A stretch of 64,000 bases of DNA from Thermococcus sp. (GTDB lineage: Archaea; Methanobacteriota_B; Thermococci; Thermococcales; Thermococcaceae): positions 236,586 to 300,585 of the forward strand of contig NZ_JALVUC010000019.1 of the NCBI RefSeq assembly GCF_027023865.1. The letters are read 5' to 3'. The notes below the pieces were generated by a model. It saw nothing but the letters and a program-made list of their open reading frames with translations, made no database searches and was not told where the DNA came from. Both the position numbers and the translations under genes were made by a program. Positions 1 to 9,590 of this stretch are shown piece by piece (the first letter of the stretch is position 1; every line of letters starts with the position of its first letter).

Positions 1-708
1 TACCTTATTCCCAACGGGATAGACACAGAATTCTGGAGGCCTTCAGAGGACAGAGAGAAGAGGAAGGAAGCCCTTGGCTTGAGGGGGGTTGTGGTAACTA
101 CCACCTCACGCTTAACGAAGAGGAAGAGAACTCATGTGATCCCGAAAATTGCAAGGGGAATAAAGAAGGAATACGGAAAGGACGTAACGTTCCTAATAAT
201 CGGGGATGGACCCGAGAGGAACAATATCGAACGTCTCATCAGGAAATATGATGTTGGAGACGTTGTTAAACTTCTAGGAAGGCAACCAAGGGTAAACGTG
301 AGAGAATACCTACAGGCAAGTGATGTATACTTCTCGCCCACCGTTTACGAGGCGTTTGGAATAGCCGCACTAGAAGCATTGGCATGTGGCGTTCCGGTGG
401 TTGCTAATAACCACGGGGGGATAAGCGAGATTGTGGAGCACGGGAAAACCGGTTTGGTTTCCAATAATGACGATGAGCTGATGCAGAACCTGATGTCGCT
501 GATCGCTGATGAGGAAAGAAGACAGGAAATGGGTAAGAATGCTCGAAAAAGTGTGGAGAATCACTTTAGCTGGGAAGCAGTAGTTTCCCAGGTGTTTAAC
601 GCTTATAAGGAAACTATGGATCAGGCAAACGAAGAGCCCTTTGTCCTTTACAAGCTCCATCAAACCCTCAAGAGGGGGATCGCGAATGCTGGTGTCTTTA
701 ACCTTTGA
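1..708 (+). CDS. Glycosyltransferase family 4 (GT-B), 5'-truncated by window edge
   Basis: Frame is open from base 1 (YLIPNGIDTEFW); GT4 motif EAFGIAALEALACGVPVV. Confidence 0.9.
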   Translation, partial: YLIPNGIDTEFWRPSEDREKRKEALGLRGVVVTTTSRLTKRKRTHVIPKIARGIKKEYGKDVTFLIIGDGPERNNIERLIRKYDVGDVVKLLGRQPRVNVREYLQASDVYFSPTVYEAFGIAALEALACGVPVVANNHGGISEIVEHGKTGLVSNNDDELMQNLMSLIADEERRQEMGKNARKSVENHFSWEAVVSQVFNAYKETMDQANEEPFVLYKLHQTLKRGIANAGVFNL

Positions 709-1429
709 TGTGGAACAGGACTGTCCTCCCTACTTGAGCACAACTAGGGGGGTGGAGGAGGGGCTCCCGAAGATCCTTGACCTGCTTGGGGAAAAGGGGG
801 TTAAGGGGACATTCTTTTTTACGGCACAGATGGCAAAGGAATACCCCCATCTAGTGAAGCGCGTGGTTGAAGATGGCCATGAACTGGGGTGTCATACCTA
901 CAACCACGAGCGTCTGGACAAACTGTCAAAAGGTGAAGCCGAGAGGATCATAGAGAAATCCCTCCAGGTGTTGAGGAACTTTGGAGAGGTGGTCTCGTTC
1001 AGATCCCCGAATTTACAGCTTCCTTCTGAGATATACGCCGTATTGAGGGAGAAGGGAATCCTTGTGGACTCTTCAAAGGCCGTCTATAAGAGGTACCGGG
1101 GCATCTCGTACGTGGGTGGTGTGCTGGAAATCCCCGCTTCTGTAACTTCCTCCGTATTGAGGCTTCCCTGGAGAATCCAACGAATAATCCATGCTCGTTT
1201 AAGGGAGCCGAGGGTTTATTTCGCCCATCCTTGGGAGTTTGTCCCGATGAAGGGGGTACGCTTTGACTGTCGCTTTAACACTGGAGAAAAAGCCCTTGAG
1301 TTGCTTGAAAGACTTATAGACCACTACAGAAGGGAGAACGCAGAATTTTTATTGATGAGGGACTATCTAAAGGTTTTCAAGCCCGAAAGGCGTCAAGAGG
1401 CAGAGGGAGTCTCACAACACCCTAGGTAG
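686..1429 (+). CDS. Polysaccharide deacetylase (NodB-like)
   Basis: LTFDVE, TFF, HELGCHTYNH motifs; ATG at 686 after GAGGGGG. Confidence 0.85.
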   Translation: MLVSLTFDVEQDCPPYLSTTRGVEEGLPKILDLLGEKGVKGTFFFTAQMAKEYPHLVKRVVEDGHELGCHTYNHERLDKLSKGEAERIIEKSLQVLRNFGEVVSFRSPNLQLPSEIYAVLREKGILVDSSKAVYKRYRGISYVGGVLEIPASVTSSVLRLPWRIQRIIHARLREPRVYFAHPWEFVPMKGVRFDCRFNTGEKALELLERLIDHYRRENAEFLLMRDYLKVFKPERRQEAEGVSQHPR

Positions 1430-2176
1430 ATTGATCCACATTAGGTATAGGGCCACCAGAACCACCACAGCTGCGAAAACCTGTCTCAGCTCCCTGCAGG
1501 AAAGCGATTTTGCTGTACGCACGCCGATGGCGTCTCCAATTAGCCCGCCTAGCACGAAGAGTATCACTATTACAAGGTCTATGGGTCTGCCTTGGAGTTC
1601 GTAGCTCACAAAGCCAGCAAGTCCGTTAAGGACTACCACGAAGAGGGACGTTCCAACTGCACGATGCATTTTAAGCCCTGCACCCATCGTCAGGGCTGGG
1701 ACAAGCAGGAAGCCGCCTCCGACCCCAAAGAATCCAGAGGCAATCCCAACGAGAAAGCCAAGGCCAGCGACGTTAATACGGCTAATTTCTTTCCCCTCTT
1801 TAACCTGTTGAACCTGTTTACTATTGTTCTTCACCATTTTAATCGCTATAGCTACCATCAGAACCGCGAACAGCGTCAGCAAAAGGGGCCCTTTTACAGA
1901 TTTGTTCATGTAGCTACCGATATAAATCCCGGGAATGCTTGTAAGGGCCATTAGCGTTCCGGTTTTAAAGTCTATGTTTCCCTTTCTCCAGTGCATTATG
2001 AACCCTATGATTGCGGTTATTCCTACAGCAACCAAGGAGGTGCCGACGGCGGTGTGGGGATCAAGGCCTACGAAGTACACCAGCAGGGGGACTGCAAGGA
2101 CTGATCCACCGCTTCCCGTAAGGCCAAGCGACAGTCCAGAGAGGAACCCAGAGATTACAGAATCCACTAGATTCAT
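1412..2176 (-). CDS. Sulfite exporter TauE/SafE family membrane protein
   Basis: GLTGSGGSVLAVP and GFFGVGGGFLLVP repeats; start moved to ATG 2176. Confidence 0.9.
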   Translation of the reverse strand: MNLVDSVISGFLSGLSLGLTGSGGSVLAVPLLVYFVGLDPHTAVGTSLVAVGITAIIGFIMHWRKGNIDFKTGTLMALTSIPGIYIGSYMNKSVKGPLLLTLFAVLMVAIAIKMVKNNSKQVQQVKEGKEISRINVAGLGFLVGIASGFFGVGGGFLLVPALTMGAGLKMHRAVGTSLFVVVLNGLAGFVSYELQGRPIDLVIVILFVLGGLIGDAIGVRTAKSLSCRELRQVFAAVVVLVALYLMWINLPRVL

Positions 2177-2237
2177 AACGATTTCCCCAGAGCGATGAAT
2201 TAAAGTGTACCCTTTTAAAATTTCCTCTGATTCCAAA

Positions 2238-2822
2238 TTAAATGATGCCAGCCCCGTAGAGCGCGTGATATGCTTTAAGTAACGTGTTCTGAACTCTCTT
2301 CGGGCCAAAGGTTCTCACGGCCCTTCCAAGGCCCTCGTTGTAGATACGGCGCATTATGAAGTCCGTCTCGCGGTTGAGACTCAGCTTTTCCTGGTTCTCA
2401 AGGTAGAGGCGCGCTATTTGGGCAGGCTCGCGGTAGTTGAGTCCCTTCAGCCACCTGAGCGGAATCCCGTCGTTGAAGCGCTTGACGACCTCAAAGCCGA
2501 TGACCGTAACCTCATCGTCACCGTAGAGGTCGCCGTAAATCTTGTTCAGCTCATGGAGGAGCTCCTTAACGTCCGAAAAGCCATCTAACTCTGCATCCTC
2601 ATTGGTTAATTCCTTTACTTTCTTTTTCTCAACTTTAGTTATCCTGACCTTTGCTAGTGTAGTGTCGCTCGGCCTGACCACTAGGTAAACCTCACTCCCC
2701 GGCTTCGCCTCGTAGTTACCGTAGCGTATCGTGGTTACCTTGTCCCCGCGAAGGATTTTAGACTTATAGACTGAGTCAATCAGCATGAATTTCCTTATCT
2801 GGACCGGCTTCGCTCTCCTCAA
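2238..2822 (-). CDS. ASCH (PUA-like) domain protein
   Basis: [11 protein letters not shown] and A..DGF motifs. Confidence 0.85.
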   Translation of the reverse strand: MRRAKPVQIRKFMLIDSVYKSKILRGDKVTTIRYGNYEAKPGSEVYLVVRPSDTTLAKVRITKVEKKKVKELTNEDAELDGFSDVKELLHELNKIYGDLYGDDEVTVIGFEVVKRFNDGIPLRWLKGLNYREPAQIARLYLENQEKLSLNRETDFIMRRIYNEGLGRAVRTFGPKRVQNTLLKAYHALYGAGII

Positions 2823-3507
2823 GGTTCAACCCCCTCAGTATCCCCGGTAGTTCTTCGAGTGAGTTCATCGTGAAATCGGCGTAGTCGAGATACTCAAGCT
2901 CCCTGTCGGCGTATTTTCCATAGCGGAACCAGATGGTGGTCATACCCACGTTTTTAGCCCCATATATGTCGGAGTAAAGCCTGTCCCCAACCATGAGCGC
3001 CTCTTCAGGCTTGACCCCTATGTCTCTCAAAGCCCTCTTGAATATCCGAGGGTGGGGCTTCTTCACGCCAAGGGAGTCGGATATGAGTACTTCATCGAAG
3101 TATGGATCGAGTTCGAGGCGGAGTATTTTCTCCCACTGCTTTATCGGGTCGCCGTCGGTGATTATCCCGAGGCGATAGCCGTCCTTCTGGAGCTCCAGCA
3201 GAAGTCGTCTGACACCACGGACGGTTCTCAGGTATGCGAACTTGGTGTTGTGATATGAAATGACTCCGGCGGCAACTAGTTTGGGGTCGTAGGGAATCTC
3301 TAGTCTTCTTAAGAGGTAGTCAAAATGTCGGTTGAAGTTGCTTCCATACTCTTTTATCAGCTCAAGAAGCTCCCCGTAGGCGGTGTCGAAGTCAACCGGG
3401 AGGCCGTGACGCACCATGTTCTCTATCGCGTTCCGGCGCGCCATCTCGGCTAGCCTCGTCGTATCGACAATCGTATCATCTAGGTCAAAGAACACGACCT
3501 TTATCAT
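2776..3507 (-). CDS. HAD-superfamily hydrolase
   Basis: [26 protein letters not shown] motifs. Confidence 0.9.
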   Translation of the reverse strand: MIKVVFFDLDDTIVDTTRLAEMARRNAIENMVRHGLPVDFDTAYGELLELIKEYGSNFNRHFDYLLRRLEIPYDPKLVAAGVISYHNTKFAYLRTVRGVRRLLLELQKDGYRLGIITDGDPIKQWEKILRLELDPYFDEVLISDSLGVKKPHPRIFKRALRDIGVKPEEALMVGDRLYSDIYGAKNVGMTTIWFRYGKYADRELEYLDYADFTMNSLEELPGILRGLNLEESEAGPDKEIHAD

Positions 3508-3540
3508 CACGCTCCCCAGCCTATCTCGTTGAAGTGATAT

Positions 3541-3939
3541 TTAACCCTTCTCAATATCGAGGTAGGGTCCCTTGGGATCCTGTGCCTTCATCTTCCTGTA
3601 AGCCCTGAAGTATTCGTCCTCCTCCAGCCACTCCCCTATGAGATCATCGAGGGTTCTCTTGAGGGATATCGGTGTCGTGGAGACGAAGATTATCCTTCCG
3701 AGTTTGAGTGGTCTTATGGCGGAGATGATGCGCTTTATGAAGTCGTTGGGGCCGTGGATGATGAGGAACTTCCTCTCGTGCCAGTCCCCCCTTCCCTCTG
3801 GCTTCCTCTCAACGACCTCCTTTAGCTTCCAGCCCAAACACTCCTTCGGAACCTCGTGAACCTCGACACTGTCAAGGGCATTTCTAACGGCCTCAACCTC
3901 TTCCCCAGAAAATCCTATCAGAAAAACCGCCTCATTCAT
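3541..3939 (-). CDS. Conserved hypothetical protein (DUF3783-like)
   Basis: Intact ORF downstream of cobB in the same operon; family assigned by resemblance only. Confidence 0.6.
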   Translation of the reverse strand: MNEAVFLIGFSGEEVEAVRNALDSVEVHEVPKECLGWKLKEVVERKPEGRGDWHERKFLIIHGPNDFIKRIISAIRPLKLGRIIFVSTTPISLKRTLDDLIGEWLEEDEYFRAYRKMKAQDPKGPYLDIEKG

Positions 3940-4539
3940 TAAGCATCACCTTCACCTTTTCCATCAGCATATCCATGACCTCGCCCGCCCGTCCACGGAT
4001 GAAGACGTCGGCTATCGGTGTTATCCCACTCCGTTTGGTGTTCACCTCGATTACCCTGCCGCCGTGCTCCTTAACGATCTGGGGGATGTATGCTGCTGGA
4101 TAAACGATGCCGCTCGTTCCAATGACGAGAACGAGGTCCGCACTCCTGGCCAGCTTAAAAGCTTCCTCCAGCGCCTTTTTCGGAAGTGGCTCGCCGAACC
4201 ATACAACGTCTGGCCTTAGAAGGGAACCACAGCGCGGACACTCTGGGAGACCTCTCTCATTTAGGGACTCCTCCAGACGATCACTCTCCTTAAGATTCTC
4301 CGTGTAGGAGCAGGAAGTGCACCTAACGCGGAAGATGTTTCCGTGAAGATCCATCACGTTCCTGCTCCCTGCCTCGCGGTGCAGGTCGTCGACGTTCTGC
4401 GTTATCACTGCCGTCAGAATCCCCATCCTCTCGAGTTCTGCAAGGGCATAGTGAGCCGGGTTCGGCTTTGCTTTCATTACCAGGTTCATCCTCCACTTCT
4501 GACCTCCTTCCCGCCGTGAAGGGCGAGGGTTCCAACGAA

Positions 4540-5850
4540 TTAACCCCTCACCATTGGCAGGGAGGTTTGAGGGGGTAACCCTCATCACCCCTTTTGAAGA
4601 GGGTTCGGAGAACCCCTCTGGCTCGGCCTTGAGCCAATTACCCCTACCCGCCGTTAAACCCGGCAGGTTTGGGGTTATCGTTTCTACCGCCTTCTTTAAG
4701 ATATTAAACGCTCCAACAAGGTCCGCGTTAAACACAAGCCCCGTCGCGGGACACTTAAATAATCCGCGAACGAAGCGAGCCCCTTCGTGAGGATTCCCGC
4801 AGACGGGACAAGTCTTCGAAGTGTAAGCCTCATTAACCAGCTCAACCAGAATATCATACTCCTCTGAGACTTCCTTGAGCCGTTGAATCACCGTGTTGAA
4901 ACGCCAAGTGCGGGAGAGGATGAAATTCCGCTTCTTGCCCTTATTCGGCTTTTTAGCAATCCCCTTAGGATAACCGACCACAATCCTTGAAACTCCGAGA
5001 TTGTAGAGCTTTTCAACAGTTTGCCTTACCGCCGTGTTAATGTAGTGTCTGGCTTGAAGTTTAGCCTTCTCATGCATTCTTTTGAATTTTCTACTCGTTT
5101 TCGCTCCCGACTTGTTGAGTTTAGACTGATAAACGGCTATTTTCCTCTGGAAGTAGAAGTCTATTGCCTTGATTGGCCTGCCACTAACGAGAAAACTCTC
5201 CCCGTTCTCAACGTAGACCGCCATTAGATTGTTCACTCCCAAGTCAATGCCCGCTGAGAGGTTTCCTAAGGGCTCTCTTGGAACTTCAAACCAGCCTTCT
5301 TTGGTCAATTTCTGACTGACCGTCAGGCTGATTTTTGCAGACCATTTTCTTTTCACGTCGTCGTAGATGATTTCAAGCCTCCCTTGTTTGCCCTTCAAGT
5401 GTATCCTACCCTTGAACTGAATTTCTAACTTACCGAATTTTCCGAGTCCTTTAAGGATTAACTTGTTGCCTTCAATTTTGTATTGGTCGTTCCTGAGGAT
5501 GATTAAGGGTTTTCTTCTCCCACCTTCCTTCAAATAGTTTGGAGGTTTTGGTTTGAGCCATTTGGGGAGTTCTCCGGACTTCTTTTTCCTTGCAAGGGAG
5601 AAGAAATTTCGCCATGCTTCAGTATTCTTCCTGCAAATCTGCTGGACTGTCGCCGAGCCAATTTCCTTCTTAAACTCCTTGTAGACGATTTTCCTGTCTT
5701 GTTGAAGTCTACCGGTTTACCCTCAAAGAATTCTTGCCTGCGGAGGTAGTTTACTCGGTTCCAGACTTTAGCCCCAACATCGGCTAACTTGAAAAGGATT
5801 TTCTCCTGTTCTTTTGAGGGCTGGAGTTTTACCGTTACTGTCCTTTTCGT
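4540..5850 (-). pseudogene. tnpB: TnpB nuclease: start codon ACG, 1-nt deletion near 5693, natural stop bypassed
   Basis: RTVTVKLQPS N-terminus, [32 protein letters not shown]; reading frame broken. Confidence 0.9.
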
Positions 5851-6269
5851 TTTAACTCACGCTCCCATTGGGTTTCAACGTAGTGCTTAACAATCTCGTC
5901 CGTTATGTAGCCGACTGAGGCGACAAAATAGGAGCGAGACCAGAGTCTCCCGTGAGTCGTTTTGCTCCTCAGTTCTGGAAATTCTTGGAGGAGTTTCCTG
6001 GCAGTTTTACCCTTTAAGTGGTTCACTATTTGGGCTGGCGAGAGGTTGGGTTTGGCTTGGAGGAAGACGTGAACGTGGTCTGGCATTACTTCGAGGGCGA
6101 TGACTTCGCACCCAATTTCTTCCGAGTATTCTTTGAGCATTTCCTTGAGTCTCTCTGCGACTTTTCCGGTGAGAATGTCCCTCCGGTATTTTGGTATCCA
6201 GACGATGTGGTAGGTTATGAAGTGTTTTGCGTGTCTTGTTCTCTTGATTCTTGGTGATTCTGGTTTCAT
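5835..6269 (-). CDS. tnpA: IS200/IS605 Y1 HUH transposase
   Basis: YHIVWIPKYRR, HUH motif DHVH, LWSRSYF, Y-x3-Q helix (YVETQ). Confidence 0.95.
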   Translation of the reverse strand: MKPESPRIKRTRHAKHFITYHIVWIPKYRRDILTGKVAERLKEMLKEYSEEIGCEVIALEVMPDHVHVFLQAKPNLSPAQIVNHLKGKTARKLLQEFPELRSKTTHGRLWSRSYFVASVGYITDEIVKHYVETQWERELKRKGQ

Positions 6270-6639
6270 TGTGAACCCCTTAGTGTATGATATGTATCAA
6301 GACTTAAATGTTTTTCGCTTCCTATTTAAAGGCAGGTAAAAGCTCCAGACGAGATGGGGATCCTTTTTGAGGGCCCTCGGAGTGGCAAGCTCCTCCGGCC
6401 GGTGCTTTTTCCACAGCCCCTTGGAGCCTCTGAAGGTCGGAACGCCGCTCTCGGCACTTACCCCTGCACCTGTGAAGGCTATCGCGAACTTAGACTTCAC
6501 TAGCAGCTTAGCGGCTTCTTCCAACATGTTACTACCACTTCGGAAGACCTTAAAAATCCTGCCCGTGATTTTGGATATGAGTGGAGAATTCAGAGGATAT
6601 TCTAATCGAAAAATCTAAAGACCGTGCAAGGGTTTAAAT

Positions 6640-6655
6640 TGTATGCATGCATACA
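6640..6655. promoter_or_regulatory. Perfect 16-bp palindrome TGTATGCATGCATACA just downstream of a TATA box
   Basis: Lies between TTTAAA (6633-6638) and the RBS of the amino-acid permease. Confidence 0.55.
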
Positions 6656-6674
6656 TTTAACTGGAGGTGAGACG

Positions 6675-7874
6675 ATGCCGGTTACGGACGGCACCCCAAA
6701 GAGCAAAGTCACCACTTCACACGGCCGTTACTACGCGGAGAGAATGGCGCTGGCGAGACGGAAGAAGCTTAGACGGCGAGCCACGCTCCTTCAGCTCGTG
6801 AGAAAGAGGAAGGGGATAGTCGCGCTCAGGACGAGCACGATAAGGGTTGAGAAGAGACACATAACAAAGAACGAAGCCCTCGCGATACTCGTGGGGACGC
6901 AAATTGGGGCGGGAGTCCTCGGATTACCCTATGCGGCAAGTAAGGTTGGCCTTATTCCAGCGTTTGGCGTCCTCATGGGGATCATGCTCCTCATGCTCGG
7001 AACCGCTTTCATAGTACTAAAGCTCAGCGCCGGCATGAACGGCGCCCAGATGAGCACCGCCGCGAGCAGGACCCTTGGAAAGGCTGGGGGTTGGCTGATG
7101 TACATCAGCATCTTTATAATGAGCTTCGGCGCGCTCCTGGCCTACATAGCAGGCATGGGAAGCGTGTTCCAGAGCCTCTTTGGAATAAACGAAACCCTCG
7201 GGGCGCTCATCTTCTGGGTTCTGGCTTCACTCGTTGTCTACCACGGCCTCGAAGCCAGCGGGAAGACCGAACTGATAATGAGCTACATCATGCTCGTCCT
7301 CTTCATCGGCGTCACCGTGATGCTGGCCCCCCACGCGAAGCTCAACAACGGGCTATACGTTGACTGGGGCGGACTGCTCAGCATAACTGGAGTGGCTATC
7401 TTCGCCCTCGGCTGCCACACCGTCATCCCCGACGTCTACAAGGGACTTGGGAGCTACGATGAGACGAAGAAGGTTGTGGTGCTCGCATTCCTGATTCCAA
7501 CGGCAATATACGCGGTGTTTATGGCGGCGTTCCTGCTGGCCTTTGGAAGGGACACACCCCAGATAGCTACCCAGGGACTTCAGCTCCTCTACGGAGAGCT
7601 GGGCAACGTCATAGGTAACCTCATACCCCTGCTGGCAATAACGACGAGCTACATAGGCATAGCCCTCGCGCAACAGAGCAACAGCGAGGAGTTCGTACGC
7701 ATGAGGAGATTATACGCATGGGTGCTGACGGTGATTCCTCCAGCCATCGTTTACTTTGCCGGCGTTAGGAACTTCGCGGACGTTCTGGCCTTCGCCGGCG
7801 ACACCGGGGACATGCTGGCCTTCATCGTGCTTCCAATACTGATGTGGTTTGCCTACCGCTTGGGGAGGCGCTGA
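6675..7874 (+). CDS. Aromatic amino acid (Mtr/TnaB/TyrP-like) permease
   Basis: GTQIGAGVLGLPYA in TM1; polytopic; ATG after GGAGGTGA. Confidence 0.85.
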   Translation: MPVTDGTPKSKVTTSHGRYYAERMALARRKKLRRRATLLQLVRKRKGIVALRTSTIRVEKRHITKNEALAILVGTQIGAGVLGLPYAASKVGLIPAFGVLMGIMLLMLGTAFIVLKLSAGMNGAQMSTAASRTLGKAGGWLMYISIFIMSFGALLAYIAGMGSVFQSLFGINETLGALIFWVLASLVVYHGLEASGKTELIMSYIMLVLFIGVTVMLAPHAKLNNGLYVDWGGLLSITGVAIFALGCHTVIPDVYKGLGSYDETKKVVVLAFLIPTAIYAVFMAAFLLAFGRDTPQIATQGLQLLYGELGNVIGNLIPLLAITTSYIGIALAQQSNSEEFVRMRRLYAWVLTVIPPAIVYFAGVRNFADVLAFAGDTGDMLAFIVLPILMWFAYRLGRR

Positions 7875-8004
7875 GCCTCCACCTCTCTTTTTCTCATCGG
7901 AGGTCTGGCCCTTCTTCAACGATCCTAGTGCACATTTCTGAACACGTTCTTATCTCGGTAAGATTTATATTCATGACGTTTAAATCCCCATCGAGGTGTT
8001 TGTG

Positions 8005-9291
8005 ATGGCTGAGTACATGGAATACCGCGACAAGGTCTTGGAGTTTATTGAGGACCACGAGAACTGGAGGAAGCATACGATAAACCTCATAGCGAGCGAA
8101 AACGTGACCTCTCCAAGTGTCACCCGTGCCGTTGCGAGTGGGTTCATGCACAAGTACGCCGAGGGCTGGCCGAAGCAGCGCTACTACCAGGGTTGCAAGT
8201 ACGTTGATGAGGTCGAGCTTATAGGTGTTGACCTCTTCACCAAGCTCTTCAAGAGTGACTTTGCCGATTTGAGGCCGATCTCTGGAACCAACGCCAACCA
8301 GGCTGTCTTCTTCGGACTCGCCCAGCCGGGAGACAAGGCTATCGTTCTGCACACCAGCCACGGTGGGCATATAAGCCACATGCCCTTCGGTGCCGCTGGA
8401 ATGAGGGGTCTTGAGGTCCACACCTGGCCCTTTGACAACGAGGAGTTCAACATCGACGTCGACAAAGCCGAGAAGCTTATCCGTGAGGTCGAGCCCAGGA
8501 TAGTCGTCTTCGGCGGTTCACTCTTCCCGTTCCCACACCCGGTCAAGGAACTTGCACCGGTCGCTAAAGAGGTTGGAGCCTACGTCATGTTCGATGGAGC
8601 GCACGTCCTTGGTCTCATCGCTGGCAAGCAGTTCCAGGACCCGCTCCGTGAAGGGGCTGACATAATCACCGCTTCAACCCACAAGACCTTCCCGGGACCG
8701 CAGGGCGGTGTCATCATCTATAAGCGCTTTGGAGAGACCGAGGAGATAGCCAAACTCCAGTGGGCAATCTTCCCAGGTGTTCTGAGCAACCACCACCTCC
8801 ATCACATGGCCGGAAAGACCATCACAGCGGCGGAAATGCTCGAGTACGGACAAAAGTATGCGGCCCAAATAGTGAAGAACGCAAAGGCCCTTGCCGAGGC
8901 CCTTGCCGAGGAAGGTTTCAAAGTCGTCGGCGAAGACAAGGGCTACACCAAGAGCCACCAGGTCATTGTCGACGTCAGCGACCTGCACGAGGCCGCTGGA
9001 GGATGGGCCGCCCCGCTCCTTGAGGAGGCCGGCATAATTCTCAACAAGAACCTCCTGCCATGGGATCCGCTTGAGAAGGTCAACACTCCGAGCGGCCTGC
9101 GCATAGGCGTCCAGGAGATGACCCGCGTCGGCATGATGGAGGGCGACATGAAAGAGATAGCGCACTTCATGAAGCGCGTGCTCCTTGACAGGGAAGACCC
9201 GAAGAAAGTCAAGCGCGATGTATACGGCTTCCGTGCCGAGTTCCAGAAGGTCTACTACTCCTTTGACCATGGCCTCCCGCTTAGGGAGTGA
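8005..9291 (+). CDS. glyA: Serine hydroxymethyltransferase
   Basis: LIASEN, YAEG.P..RYY.G, STHKTFPGPQGG (PLP lysine). Confidence 0.98.
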   Translation: MAEYMEYRDKVLEFIEDHENWRKHTINLIASENVTSPSVTRAVASGFMHKYAEGWPKQRYYQGCKYVDEVELIGVDLFTKLFKSDFADLRPISGTNANQAVFFGLAQPGDKAIVLHTSHGGHISHMPFGAAGMRGLEVHTWPFDNEEFNIDVDKAEKLIREVEPRIVVFGGSLFPFPHPVKELAPVAKEVGAYVMFDGAHVLGLIAGKQFQDPLREGADIITASTHKTFPGPQGGVIIYKRFGETEEIAKLQWAIFPGVLSNHHLHHMAGKTITAAEMLEYGQKYAAQIVKNAKALAEALAEEGFKVVGEDKGYTKSHQVIVDVSDLHEAAGGWAAPLLEEAGIILNKNLLPWDPLEKVNTPSGLRIGVQEMTRVGMMEGDMKEIAHFMKRVLLDREDPKKVKRDVYGFRAEFQKVYYSFDHGLPLRE

Positions 9292-9434
9292 CCCTCCGTT
9301 TATTATCTTTTTCTCTTGAAAGCCTCGCCGTTCACGGCAGGGATACAGTAAACCACCCAACAGCCCTTAAACAGGAAAGCAACAGAAAATCCTAAATACA
9401 CTAACCACCCACACTCACCATTGGGTGGGCGATA

Positions 9435-9590
9435 GTGGGGAGAATCGACATCTACCTGAGGGACGACGTGGAGAAAAAGTTCAGAGAACTCGTCGAGAAA
9501 CTCTACGGTGGAAGAAAAGGAAGCCTGAGCATAGCCGCCGAGCAGGCAATTCTCGACTGGATTAAAAAAGTCGAAAGCGAGGAGAAATGA
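9435..9590 (+). CDS. Small ribbon-helix-helix (CopG-like) protein, 51 aa, missing from the ORF track
   Basis: MGRIDIYLRDDVEKKFRELVEKLYGGRKGSLSIAAEQAILDWIKKVESEEK; ATGA overlap with tnpB. Confidence 0.75.
   Translation: MGRIDIYLRDDVEKKFRELVEKLYGGRKGSLSIAAEQAILDWIKKVESEEK

Larger units (their letters stand above)
4499..6335 (-). mobile_element. IS200/IS605-family element (tnpA + tnpB), 1837 bp, inserted 3' of TTAC with no target duplication
   Basis: Ends defined by the cobB breakpoint; right-end hairpin followed by AGGAGGTCAG, matching the second copy. Confidence 0.92.
3932..6527 (-). pseudogene. cobB: NAD-dependent protein deacylase (sirtuin) interrupted by an IS200/IS605 element; 5' part 6336-6527, 3' part 3932-4498
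   Basis: N-part has [17 protein letters not shown]...VWSFY; C-part has KWRM...TQNVDDLH...LHGN...CxxC..CxxC...GTSG; joining gives a 252-aa ORF. Confidence 0.95.

Noticed and set aside
3932-5533. 533-aa ORF as a bona fide TnpB-Sir2 anti-phage effector
   Set aside because: The missing sirtuin N-terminus sits at 6336-6527 and rejoins perfectly; the fusion results from IS insertion plus a frameshift, and the tnpB 5' end is broken.
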